The notes under the pieces: model-generated
Told to the model about the DNA's origin: nothing
Database searches by the model: none
Seen by the model: only the letters and a program-made list of their open reading frames with translations
Shown: in pieces, positions 49,864 to 59,327 of the stretch
Layout: each line of letters opens with the position of its first letter
Numbering within the stretch: the stretch's first letter is position 1
Source of the DNA: Spirochaetia bacterium
Lineage (GTDB): Bacteria; Spirochaetota; Spirochaetia; DSM-2461
Direction: 5' to 3'
Assembly (NCBI GenBank): GCA_963668315.1
Contig: OY764216.1
Coordinates: 2,880,001 to 2,944,000 of the forward strand
Length of the DNA stretch: 64,000 bases
Program-made: the position numbers and the translations under genes

Positions 49864-51107
49864 GTCCCGTCCCCCCTGTAATGGGTGATTCGGTCTTTTC
49901 CCGATTTCTTGGATTGATACATGGCCCGGTCGGCGCGGGACACCAGCTCCTTGGGGGAATCGGTCCAGTACTCACGGCTGACGATTCCTATGCTCAGGGA
50001 GAGACTCTCCCTGTTGCTCCAGTCGGAGAAATCGCCTTCCCTCCGGGAGGCGAAAAGCTTCTGGATATGGCGGGCCACTTTCTCTGCCCCCGCGGATGAG
50101 CTGTCCGGAAGAAACACGACAAATTCATCTCCCCCCATACGGGCGGCAATATCATAATTCCTCGTTTTGTCGAGTAGTATGTTTCCCAGGGCCTTAAGGA
50201 GAGCGTCCCCGGCGGCATGACCTCTTTCGTCGTTGAGAATTTTAAAATTGTCCACATCGAGATAGAGCAGACTGCATTCGTGGATGTTTCTGTTAATCTG
50301 GCTGTTTACCTGATGAATCGTTTCATAGAGATAATCCCGGGTGTAGACACCGGTAAGATTGTCATGGATGAGGTTATGATAGATTTTTGCCCTCTCCTTT
50401 CTGAGCCTTTCCAGTTCCTCGTGGTTTTCATGGACGCTGCGGGATACGTAGAGGGCCAGGGAAAAGGCCAGGGCGGCCGGTCCTACCCAGAGCTGGGGCT
50501 TTCCCCGGGACAGAACCGCCGAATATATCCCATCGAAGGAAGCGGAGAGAAAGAAAACCGCCATCCCGAAGACGACAGGTTTCAACCGGGGCTGCCGTTT
50601 CCGGTTTCTGAGGATGAAAATAATCATTTTGATGAGAACAAAGGCTGAAAGGAGAATCAAAAGGCCGATGTAATAGGGAAAAAGCGGACCTTTGATGACG
50701 GAATGATGGGATTTTTCCGGATTAAGACTGCCGGTGAAAATATAGGAGCCGGGAAGGAACATGATGGCCGTCAGAGCCAGGGAGAAGACGGCGTAGACAC
50801 GGCTCGTCAGGCCGTGTTTTCTCCCTTTGAGAGAATCATCGAGTAAACTGCAGGCACCGGGAGTAAGGGACGCCCCGGCGTAACAGATCCTGGTCCAGAG
50901 CAGAACATTTTCTGCCTCAAGGGATGATGTGTACAGAGCATATCCCAGAAGAAAAATGAAAAGGGACAGCTGGATGAGAATAAAATCCAGGGTCAGAATC
51001 ATGGTATGTCTCATTCTTATGTATAAGAGGCTGTATAAAGTGAACAGGAATACCAGGAACGCCCCCGCCAGGCTTCCCAGGGCATCCGTGTGAATGGCCA
51101 GATACAT
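49860..51107 (-). CDS. Membrane-anchored diguanylate cyclase (tandem paralogue)
   Basis: About 7 TM; DNLTG, DVDNFK.LND.RGH, RNYD..ARMGGDEF. Confidence 0.92.
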   Translation of the reverse strand: MYLAIHTDALGSLAGAFLVFLFTLYSLLYIRMRHTMILTLDFILIQLSLFIFLLGYALYTSSLEAENVLLWTRICYAGASLTPGACSLLDDSLKGRKHGLTSRVYAVFSLALTAIMFLPGSYIFTGSLNPEKSHHSVIKGPLFPYYIGLLILLSAFVLIKMIIFILRNRKRQPRLKPVVFGMAVFFLSASFDGIYSAVLSRGKPQLWVGPAALAFSLALYVSRSVHENHEELERLRKERAKIYHNLIHDNLTGVYTRDYLYETIHQVNSQINRNIHECSLLYLDVDNFKILNDERGHAAGDALLKALGNILLDKTRNYDIAARMGGDEFVVFLPDSSSAGAEKVARHIQKLFASRREGDFSDWSNRESLSLSIGIVSREYWTDSPKELVSRADRAMYQSKKSGKDRITHYRGDGT

Positions 51108-51214
51108 CCGTTTCTCCTTCCCTGTAAGTAATATTGTAGCAGGAAATAGTCCGATGTACAGTCAAAAATTGTAAATCCTTGACAAAGCGGGATTTTGTCG
51201 ATATAAAAAGAGAC

Positions 51215-51307
51215 ATGAAAATTATTCTTTCCGCAGGAAAATCGAATGTCTCACTCGTCGTCGTCAGCGTGGTCGGCAGGAAAAAAGACATTTTTAGCGG
51301 AGAGTAA
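51215..51307 (+). CDS. Val-rich attenuator leader peptide (30 aa, below the ORF-track cutoff)
   Basis: MKIILSAGKSNVSLVVVSVVGRKKDIFSGE*; 6 Val in codons 12-20; directly upstream of valS. Confidence 0.8.
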   Translation: MKIILSAGKSNVSLVVVSVVGRKKDIFSGE

Positions 51308-51323
51308 GCAACCATAAAGGCAT

Positions 51324-51353
51324 AAGGCTCCGCTCTGGCGGGGCTTTTTTTTT
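51324..51353 (+). terminator. Attenuator terminator in the valS leader
   Basis: AAGGCTCCGC-TCTG-GCGGGGC followed by T9; alternative pairing with 51296-302. Confidence 0.85.
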
Positions 51354-51378
51354 GGGGCGATTACAGGAGGACAGGAAC

Positions 51379-54012
51379 ATGAAGGCGATAGAGCTGGAGA
51401 AAAATTACAACCCGGAAGATTTCGAAGACCGGATTTACAAAGACTGGATGGACGAAGGCTGTTTCAAGCCCGCCGGAGACGACAGTAAAGATCCCTTCGT
51501 CATTGTGATCCCCCCTCCCAATGTTACCGGCGTCCTGCACATGGGACACGGTTTGAACAACTCCCTGCAGGATGTGCTCATCCGGTATCACCGGATGCAG
51601 CAGAGACCGACACTTTGGGTTCCCGGAACGGACCATGCCGGTATCGCCACACAGAACGTCGTGGAGAGAAGACTGCTGAAAGAGGGGAAGAGCCGCCACG
51701 ATCTGGGCCGTGAGAAGTTTATCGAAGAGACCTGGAAAGTCAAGGAGGAGCATCACAGCATTATTAAAAAACAGCTGATGAAGATTGGAGCCTCCTGTGA
51801 CTGGAGCCGGGAGCGGTTTACCATGGACGAGGGCCTTTCCAAGGCGGTACGGGAAGTTTTTGTAACCCTGTACGAAAGGGATCTTCTCTACAAGGGCGAG
51901 TATCTGGTCAACTGGTGTCCCAGCTGCGGCACCGCCCTGGCCGACGACGAAGTGGACCACGAGGAGAAACCGGGAAAGCTTTACGATATCGCCTATCCCC
52001 TGTCCGACGGATCCGGTGAGATTATCGTATCCACGACTCGCCCGGAAACCATGTTCGGCGATACGGCCGTGGCCGTTCATCCCGACGACGAAAGATACAC
52101 CCATCTGGTGGGCAAAACTCTCGACCTGCCCCTGACCGACAGGAAAATCAGGATCATCGCAGACTCCTACTGCCGGATGGATTTCGGTTCCGGTGCCGTT
52201 AAGATGACCCCCGCCCACGACCCCAATGACTGGGAAGTCGGACTCCGCCATGATCTGGAGAGAATCAATGTTCTGAATCCCGACGGGACCATGAACGGGA
52301 ATACTCCCGCCCATATTCAGGGAATGGACGCCAAGACCGCCCGGAAGCAGACACTGGCCGACCTGGAAGCGGGCGGCTACCTCAAGGGCAGCAAGGACAA
52401 TCCCCATCAGGTGGGGCACTGCTACCGCTGCAAGACCGTGGTGGAGCCCTATATGTCCAAGCAGTGGTTCGTGCGGATGGAGCCCATGGCCGAGAAAGCC
52501 CTGAACGCCTGGAAGAAGGATGAGATCCGCTTCTATCCGCGTAAATGGGAGAACACCTACGCCCACTGGATGGAAGGCATCCGGGACTGGTGCATCAGCC
52601 GGCAGCTCTGGTGGGGCCACAGGATTCCCGCCTGGACCTGTTCCGACTGCGGCGAGCTCTCCGTTTCCCGGGACGATCTGACCGTCTGTCCCAAGTGCGG
52701 CAGCAAAAATGTTCAGCAGGATCCCGATGTTCTGGATACCTGGTTCTCCTCCTGGCTGTGGCCCTTCAGTACCCTGGGATGGCCGGAGAAAACGGCCGAT
52801 CTGGAGAAATTCTTCGCCACCACCGCCCTGGTTACGGGATACGACATCATCTTTTTCTGGGTGGCCCGCATGATTATGGCCAGCCTTGAGTTTATGGGGG
52901 AAGTGCCCTTCCGCGATATCTATATGACCGGTCTTGTGCGGGATGCCCAGGGACGTAAAATGAGTAAATCCCTGGGGAACGGACTCGATCCTCTGGAGAT
53001 CGTCGATAAGTACGGGGCCGACGCCATGAAATTCACCCTGGTTTATCTTTCAAGCCAGGGGGAGGACATCCCCGTGGGCATGGACACCTTCCAGATCGGA
53101 TCAAAATTCTGCAACAAGATCTGGAACGCCACCCGTTATATCCTCATGAATCTGGAAGGCCGGGAACTGGTGGAAAATCCCGAGCTCAGAACGGTGGACA
53201 AATGGATCTACCACAGGCTGAACGAGGCGGTGAAATCCATGGAGAAGGCCTTCGACTCCTACCGGTTCGATGACATGGGGCACGGTATCTACGAATATTT
53301 CTGGAACGACTTCTGCGACTGGTACGTGGAGGCCACCAAGCTTTACCTCTATTCCGACGACGAGGCGGAGAAGAACCGGGCCGTAACGGTCATCCTCAAC
53401 GTACTGGAAGAGTCCCTCCGGCTGATGCACCCCATGCTGAGTTTCCTGACCGAGGAGATCTACCGGAAGCTTCCCAATACCCGGGGAAACATCATTTCCG
53501 CCCGCTATCCCCAGGTTGAGGAGGCAAGGGAGGACCAGGCTCTGGCCGCCCATTTCGAACTTCTCCAGGATCTGGTCCAGAAGGTCAGAACTCTGCGCAG
53601 CGAGTTTACCATTCCCCCTTCCAAGAAGATCGGACTGGCCGTTCGCTGTGACGAAGAACTCTACGAATTCTTCAAGGAAGCGGGTGATCTGATCGCCTCT
53701 CTGGTCAAAGCCGAGGAGATCACGTTCGTCACCGGAGAAGAGGCTTTCTCCGGCGCGGTCACCGCCGTCGGCAAAGGGTTCGAAGCCCATGCCCTGATCC
53801 GTGATCTCATCGACATGGATAAGGAAATTGACCGAATGAAGAAAACCCTTGAGAAAAATATCAAGATGAAGGCCCAGACCGAAAAGAAGCTGGCCAATGA
53901 GAATTTTACCAGCCGCGCTCCCGCCGATGTTATCGCCAAGGAGAAGGAGAAACTGGACGAGTTCGCCCAGGCCATAGAGAAAATGGAAGCCTATCTGAAG
54001 GATCTGAGCTAA
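51379..54012 (+). CDS. valS: Valine-tRNA ligase
   Basis: PPPNVTGVLHMGH, GTDHAGIATQ, DWCISRQLWWGH, KMSKS, C-terminal coiled coil. Confidence 0.98.
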   Translation: MKAIELEKNYNPEDFEDRIYKDWMDEGCFKPAGDDSKDPFVIVIPPPNVTGVLHMGHGLNNSLQDVLIRYHRMQQRPTLWVPGTDHAGIATQNVVERRLLKEGKSRHDLGREKFIEETWKVKEEHHSIIKKQLMKIGASCDWSRERFTMDEGLSKAVREVFVTLYERDLLYKGEYLVNWCPSCGTALADDEVDHEEKPGKLYDIAYPLSDGSGEIIVSTTRPETMFGDTAVAVHPDDERYTHLVGKTLDLPLTDRKIRIIADSYCRMDFGSGAVKMTPAHDPNDWEVGLRHDLERINVLNPDGTMNGNTPAHIQGMDAKTARKQTLADLEAGGYLKGSKDNPHQVGHCYRCKTVVEPYMSKQWFVRMEPMAEKALNAWKKDEIRFYPRKWENTYAHWMEGIRDWCISRQLWWGHRIPAWTCSDCGELSVSRDDLTVCPKCGSKNVQQDPDVLDTWFSSWLWPFSTLGWPEKTADLEKFFATTALVTGYDIIFFWVARMIMASLEFMGEVPFRDIYMTGLVRDAQGRKMSKSLGNGLDPLEIVDKYGADAMKFTLVYLSSQGEDIPVGMDTFQIGSKFCNKIWNATRYILMNLEGRELVENPELRTVDKWIYHRLNEAVKSMEKAFDSYRFDDMGHGIYEYFWNDFCDWYVEATKLYLYSDDEAEKNRAVTVILNVLEESLRLMHPMLSFLTEEIYRKLPNTRGNIISARYPQVEEAREDQALAAHFELLQDLVQKVRTLRSEFTIPPSKKIGLAVRCDEELYEFFKEAGDLIASLVKAEEITFVTGEEAFSGAVTAVGKGFEAHALIRDLIDMDKEIDRMKKTLEKNIKMKAQTEKKLANENFTSRAPADVIAKEKEKLDEFAQAIEKMEAYLKDLS

Positions 54013-54037
54013 AAACGACGGTTGAAAACTGAAGTGT

Positions 54038-54106
54038 GAAAGCTGAAAGCGGATGGGCGAAAGCTGAAAGGGAATTTCCCGGCTTTTCTGTCTGCTTTCA
54101 GTTTTT
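54038..54106 (+). repeat. GAAAGCTGAAAG direct repeat inside a long G-U-rich hairpin after valS
   Basis: Repeat copies at 54038-49 and 54059-70; arms 54039-56 / 54088-105. Confidence 0.55.
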
Positions 54107-54429
54107 CCCGTTTATAACGGTTTTCCTGAGAAAACTGTCCAGTAAATCCCGGGAAAAATGCCCGCCCCTTTCCCGTCTTATCAACCGGCAATTACCTAAG
54201 AATCCGGCTGTCATTTCGGCCGTGACATAGGGAATATTCTCACTGTCCAGGCTGTGTTCCATTATCCCATTCGATTTAAGGTCCGCAAGATCAAAACCCC
54301 AGTTTTCACATCTGATCACCGCCTTTGATATGGGATATCGTCCATCAACGTTCCGTCTTTATCTTATCCCCTGAGGATTGCTTTTTTTCCTCCCCTTATC
54401 TAAAATAGGATTAAATCCCTGGAGGAAAT

Positions 54430-55854
54430 ATGAAAACATTTTTCACAAGACTCGAAACACTGGCAAAGGAGAAAAACAGTCTCCTTTGTGTGGGCCTTGA
54501 TCCGCGTATCGACTGGGAGGAAGGAACCTCTCCCTACCGTCCCCTGGTGGAATGGAACGAAAGAATCATCGAAGCCACCGCCGATTACGCCATATGCTAT
54601 AAACCGAACATCGCTTTCTTCGAATCCTACGGTCCGGAGGGACTCAGAGCCCTGGAAAAGGTCATGGAGACGGTTCCCGAAGAGATCCCCGTGCTTATCG
54701 ATGCCAAAAGGAATGACATCGGTTCCACGGCGCAGGCCTATGCGGATGCCCTTTTCGGTTATTACAACGCCGACTGCGTCACCCTTTCGCCCTACATGGG
54801 CCGCGACGCCGTAGACCCCTTCCTGAAATGGGAGGATCGGGGGATGTTCCTCCTGGCAAGAACGACGAATCCCGGAGCCCCCGCGTTCCAGGATCTGATG
54901 GTAACCCTTCCCGGCGGGGAACAGGGCGAGATGTATGTGAAAACCGCTATTGAATGCACCTCCTGGTCTGACCGGGTGGGGCTGGTTGTGGCCGGCAACG
55001 ATCTGGATGCCCTGCGGAAAATCCGTTATTACTGCCCGGATACCTGGTTCCTGACTCCCGGCATCGGAAGTCAGGGCGGTTCCATGGTCGACGCCGTGGC
55101 CGCCGGACAGAGAAAGGACGGGCTGGGAATCCTTCCCAACGTCTCCCGGGGAATAGCCGGAGCGGATGACCCCGCTAAGGCGGCCAGGGAGTTTGTCGAC
55201 AGCCTGAACAAGGCCCGCGAGAAGGCTTCCGTAACCGTTCAGGGTGCCGATATCAAGGAGATACAGAAAAGGGAAGTCATTGACGGCCTGATCGAAAATG
55301 AATGTTTCCGGGTAGGGGAGTTCACCCTTAAATCGGGGAAGAAATCTCCCTTCTACATCGATCTGAGAAGAGTCTCCTCCGATCCCTCCCTGCTGGCGAA
55401 AGTCGCCAGAGCCTACGCCTCCCTCCTCAAGGGGAAAAAGTATGACCGCCTGGCCGGTATCCCACTGGCCGCCCTGCCTCTGGCCACGGCCGTTTCTCTG
55501 GAAGCGGGAATCCCCCTTATCTACCCCCGCATGACCATGAAGGCCCACGGTACGGGAAACCGCATCGAAGGGGAGTGGAAAAAGGGAGAGAAAGTCGCCC
55601 TTCTGGACGATCTCATCACCACCGGCAAAAGCAAGATTGAAGCCATCGATATCCTCCGCGAGGAGGGACTGGTTGTGGAAGATCTCTTTGTCCTTCTGGA
55701 GAGGGGGGCTCAGGGGCGCAAGGACATGACCGCCGTGGACATCAGCCTTCACGCCTATGCCCATGTGGAAGAGTTCCTGGTTCCCTGTCACGAGAAGGAT
55801 CTGATCGATAAGGACCAGCTGGAGTCGATGCTCACCTACGCCCGGGAGGAATAG
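54430..55854 (+). CDS. pyrF: Bifunctional OMP decarboxylase-orotate phosphoribosyltransferase (PyrF-PyrE order)
   Basis: LCVGLDP, KPNIAFFE, DAKRNDIGST, PGIGSQGG; then FTLKSGKKSPFYID, LLDDLITTG. Confidence 0.93.
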   Translation: MKTFFTRLETLAKEKNSLLCVGLDPRIDWEEGTSPYRPLVEWNERIIEATADYAICYKPNIAFFESYGPEGLRALEKVMETVPEEIPVLIDAKRNDIGSTAQAYADALFGYYNADCVTLSPYMGRDAVDPFLKWEDRGMFLLARTTNPGAPAFQDLMVTLPGGEQGEMYVKTAIECTSWSDRVGLVVAGNDLDALRKIRYYCPDTWFLTPGIGSQGGSMVDAVAAGQRKDGLGILPNVSRGIAGADDPAKAAREFVDSLNKAREKASVTVQGADIKEIQKREVIDGLIENECFRVGEFTLKSGKKSPFYIDLRRVSSDPSLLAKVARAYASLLKGKKYDRLAGIPLAALPLATAVSLEAGIPLIYPRMTMKAHGTGNRIEGEWKKGEKVALLDDLITTGKSKIEAIDILREEGLVVEDLFVLLERGAQGRKDMTAVDISLHAYAHVEEFLVPCHEKDLIDKDQLESMLTYAREE

Positions 55855-55855
55855 T

Positions 55856-57022
55856 ATGGATTTTCTGACCGCCCCGCTTACCATGGAAATAGGAGAATTT
55901 GTCATCTCCATCAGTATTATGTCTGTCATTTTCAAGCTGATTCTGCCCGTGGCGGGTATGATACTGGGCTATTCCCTCATCATGATGGCGGTCAGAAAGA
56001 TCCTCAGAATTGCCAAGGCGGAGGAGATCGTTTCCAACCGGGTGCTCAAATGGAGCCGGATGCTTCTGAAGCTGGCTCTCTTCCTGGGTATCCTGGGAGC
56101 CCTCGGCTCCCTGCTGGGAATCTCCGCCTATAAGTACATCAACGACTTCCTCCGGTTTCTGAAGAGCCCCTTCTTTGAAACGGGAGGAACGTCCATCTCC
56201 ATCATTACCATCATCCTGGTGATCCCCATATTCTATCTGGCTGCCTGGGCCGGCCGGCTGGTGCAGAATCTGCTGGAGAAGAATATCTTTCCCGAAATAA
56301 CCACCCTGGACGAAGCCCGGAAGAGCTCCATGGGAAATTTCGCCCGTTTCGCCACCCTTTCACTGGTCCTGCTGTTCATGCTCTCCATGATCGGTATTGA
56401 TCTGACGGCTCTGGGAGTGGTATTCGGTGCCCTGGGAATTGGTGTCGGATTCGGTCTTCAGGATCTGGTGGCAAACTTTTTTGCCGGCATTATTCTTCTC
56501 TTTGCCCGGCAGATCAAAATGTATGACCGGATACTGGTTAACGATGTGGAGGGCAATGTGACGGATATCAAGCTCATGTCCACCACGGTCACCACCCTGA
56601 AAAATGAAAATATCATAATCCCCAACTCCCAGTTTATTAATCAGGTCGTCAATAATTTTTCCTATAACAACCGGCAGGTCATGCTGGTGAATACCATAGG
56701 AGTTCACTATAACACGGATATCGAGAAGGCCCTGGAAGTCCTTGAGCGGATCGGAAAGGATAATCAGTGGTATGTGAAGGGATCGGAAATCCGTTCCTTT
56801 ATCCGCTCTTTCGACGATTCGGGTATACTCCTGGAGCTTTGGGTGACCGTGAATGATGTTACCCACAGGGCGAAGGCTTTCGCCTGGACCAATCTGGAGA
56901 TCTGGAGAAGGTTCAAGGCGGAGGGAATAGAGATCCCCTATCCCCAGATGGATGTTCATGTCAAGGATCAGGCCCTTCCCACGAGACCGGTCAACCTCCC
57001 GGGAGACGGCAGTTCTGTCTAA
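55856..57022 (+). CDS. MscS-family mechanosensitive channel
   Basis: GALGIGVGFGLQD, IIIPNS, GIEIPYPQ. Confidence 0.92.
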   Translation: MDFLTAPLTMEIGEFVISISIMSVIFKLILPVAGMILGYSLIMMAVRKILRIAKAEEIVSNRVLKWSRMLLKLALFLGILGALGSLLGISAYKYINDFLRFLKSPFFETGGTSISIITIILVIPIFYLAAWAGRLVQNLLEKNIFPEITTLDEARKSSMGNFARFATLSLVLLFMLSMIGIDLTALGVVFGALGIGVGFGLQDLVANFFAGIILLFARQIKMYDRILVNDVEGNVTDIKLMSTTVTTLKNENIIIPNSQFINQVVNNFSYNNRQVMLVNTIGVHYNTDIEKALEVLERIGKDNQWYVKGSEIRSFIRSFDDSGILLELWVTVNDVTHRAKAFAWTNLEIWRRFKAEGIEIPYPQMDVHVKDQALPTRPVNLPGDGSSV

Positions 57023-57710
57023 GGCCGAAGAGAATCAGAATCCCATTCAGTATTTCATCGCCTTTCTTCTCATGATTCTGGGAGGCTTTCTCGATGCCTA
57101 CTCCTATATTCTCAAGGGAGGCGTTTTCGCCTGCATGCAGACGGGGAATGTCACGTTTTTCGTTCTATCCCTGGTCAGGGGAGAGTATGACCGGCTCATT
57201 CGCTATATACTTCCCGTCATTTTCTTTTCCCTGGGCATACTTACCTCGGAGTTTATCAAAAGCAGCTGCGATGCGGAAAAAATGACCGGAAGGAGAAAGC
57301 GCATCATGCTTATCAAGATCGTCTTTTTTGCCATAATCGGGTTGGCGGGAAAGAATCTGAACAATCTGATAGCCATTAGCCTGATTGCCTATGTGGCCGC
57401 TCTGCAGGTATCCTCCTTCGACCAGTTAAGGGGGGGGAGTTTCGCTTCCACGATGATTACCGGGAATCTGAGAACCCTGATGGTCCATCTCCATCGCTTT
57501 ATCCTGACCAGGGAGCGGGAGTCGGGGGTGCTGTCACTGCTATACCTGGCGCTGATCGTCTTCTTCGCCCTGGGGGTCGCTTTCGGCGCCTATGCCAGCC
57601 GGATTTTTGAAGAGAGGGCGGCCTTTTTCTGTCTTCTTCTGCTGGTACCCGTCTTCATTCTTCTCTCTGTTCTGGAAAAACGGGAGAAATCCTCCCCGAA
57701 GAATCGGTAA
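56952..57710 (+). CDS. YoaK/DUF1275-family membrane protein (start uncertain)
   Basis: GGFLDAYSY, FACMQTGN, ASTMITGNLR. Confidence 0.85.
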   Translation: MFMSRIRPFPRDRSTSRETAVLSKAEENQNPIQYFIAFLLMILGGFLDAYSYILKGGVFACMQTGNVTFFVLSLVRGEYDRLIRYILPVIFFSLGILTSEFIKSSCDAEKMTGRRKRIMLIKIVFFAIIGLAGKNLNNLIAISLIAYVAALQVSSFDQLRGGSFASTMITGNLRTLMVHLHRFILTRERESGVLSLLYLALIVFFALGVAFGAYASRIFEERAAFFCLLLLVPVFILLSVLEKREKSSPKNR

Positions 57711-57815
57711 ACGTCAGTAAAACAAAACAAAGAAAAAATAAAAGAAAGACCTCGGCTTGACAATTTTTTCCCTTTCTTATTAACTATGTAAATAGGAAAA
57801 AAGGATGGGTGTTTT

Positions 57816-59327
57816 ATGAATGGGAAAATCAGCAAAGAAAAGGTGTCCCTGTGGGACTACACGGAACTATGCATAACGGCCGGATTCGGGGGAAATCCCT
57901 TTTCCGAAGTGGACTTTGCAGCTCTTTTTACTTCCGGAGGAAAGAGTGTGACCGTTCAGGGGTTTTACGATGGAAAGGATGAGTGGAAAATCCGTTTCAT
58001 GCCCCCCTCCGAGGGAAGATGGCATTATCGAACTTCCTCCACTCTTCCCGCCCTTGACGGCAGTGAAGGGGAGATTCTCTGCGAAGGCCGGGAAGAGGGG
58101 AACCATGGCATGGTGCAGGTGGCCGATAAGATCCATTTCGCCTATTCCGACGGCACGCCCTACTATCCGGTGGGCACGACCTGCTATGTATGGAACCTCC
58201 AGGGGCCGGAGCTGGAGGAGAAAACCCTTCGCTCCCTGGCATCATCGCCTTTCAACAAAATCCGTTTCTGCGTCTATCCCAAGAGATACACATTCAACCA
58301 TAACGAACCGCCCCTTTACCCCTTCAAAGGAGAAATCGACAGGGCCTGGACGCGGGAGGAGCAGGATGACTATACTCCCAAGCCCCGGGATTTCTGGGAC
58401 TTTGATGAATTGAATCCCGACTACTTCCGCCATATAGACGAGTGTGTCCTCGCCCTGCGGGAGAGGAACATCGAAGCGGATCTTATTCTGTTTCACCCCT
58501 ATGATTTCGGGGCCTGGGGTTTCGACTGTATTCCGGAAGAGAAGAACCGGGTCATTCTGAAATACCTGGTGGCCCGCCTGGGGGCTTTTCGGAATATCTG
58601 GTGGTCCTTTGCCAATGAGTATGATCTCTTCCAGAACAAAGCCCTCCATGAATGGCACCGCTATATCCGGTTCGTGCAGGAGCTCGATCCCTACGGCCAT
58701 CTCCGCTCAATCCATAACTGCCGGGAATTTTACGACCATCACAAGCCCTGGATTACCCACTGCAGCATTCAGTCCGACCGTTTCGACCTGATAAAGGAGT
58801 GGCTGGAGGATTACGAGAAACCGGTGGTCATCGATGAGTGCGGTTATGAAGGCAATATCGACCGGGACTGGGGGAATCTCTCCCCCCGCGAGATGGTTCA
58901 CCGCTTCTGGTCAGGTTTCTGCCAGGGGGGGTACGTGGGCCACGGGGAAACCTATATGCACCCGGAGGATACCCTCTGGTGGAGCAAGGGGGGGACGCTT
59001 CACGGGGACAGCCCCGAGAGAATCGGATTCCTCCGGCAGGTCATCGAGGCGTTCCCCACTAAAAACTCGGCCCCCTTTGAAAGGCACAACGCTTTCATGG
59101 ACGGAAAAGGGTACGGGGTTTATCCCGAGTTCGGCCTCTACTACCTGGGCGTGAGACAACCCTCCTTCCGGGAAGTGACCCTGCCGGAAGAGGGGGAATG
59201 GGAAATCGATGTCATCGATACCTGGAATATGACCGTTAAATCCCTGGGGAAAAATTTCTCGGGCCAATGCCGTATCGATCTGCCCGGCAGGGATGGAATG
59301 GCCGTAAGGTTTCAAAAGAGGGGTTAG
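57816..59327 (+). CDS. DUF5060/DUF4038/DUF5605-type putative glycoside hydrolase
   Basis: GFYDG, RFMP, GTTCY.W, WWSFANEYD, SIHN, DECGYEG, HGETY. Confidence 0.8.
   Translation: MNGKISKEKVSLWDYTELCITAGFGGNPFSEVDFAALFTSGGKSVTVQGFYDGKDEWKIRFMPPSEGRWHYRTSSTLPALDGSEGEILCEGREEGNHGMVQVADKIHFAYSDGTPYYPVGTTCYVWNLQGPELEEKTLRSLASSPFNKIRFCVYPKRYTFNHNEPPLYPFKGEIDRAWTREEQDDYTPKPRDFWDFDELNPDYFRHIDECVLALRERNIEADLILFHPYDFGAWGFDCIPEEKNRVILKYLVARLGAFRNIWWSFANEYDLFQNKALHEWHRYIRFVQELDPYGHLRSIHNCREFYDHHKPWITHCSIQSDRFDLIKEWLEDYEKPVVIDECGYEGNIDRDWGNLSPREMVHRFWSGFCQGGYVGHGETYMHPEDTLWWSKGGTLHGDSPERIGFLRQVIEAFPTKNSAPFERHNAFMDGKGYGVYPEFGLYYLGVRQPSFREVTLPEEGEWEIDVIDTWNMTVKSLGKNFSGQCRIDLPGRDGMAVRFQKRG

Noticed and set aside
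51181..51378. T-box riboswitch for valS
   Set aside because: The leader is short and has no AATTAGGGTGGNACCGCG-type T-box motif; the leader-peptide model fits better
54098..54365. 73-aa minus-strand ORF and a nearby DKDGTLMDDIPY fragment resembling a HAD motif I
   Set aside because: The fragment is bounded by stops and no other HAD motifs are visible, so a gene or pseudogene call is not supported
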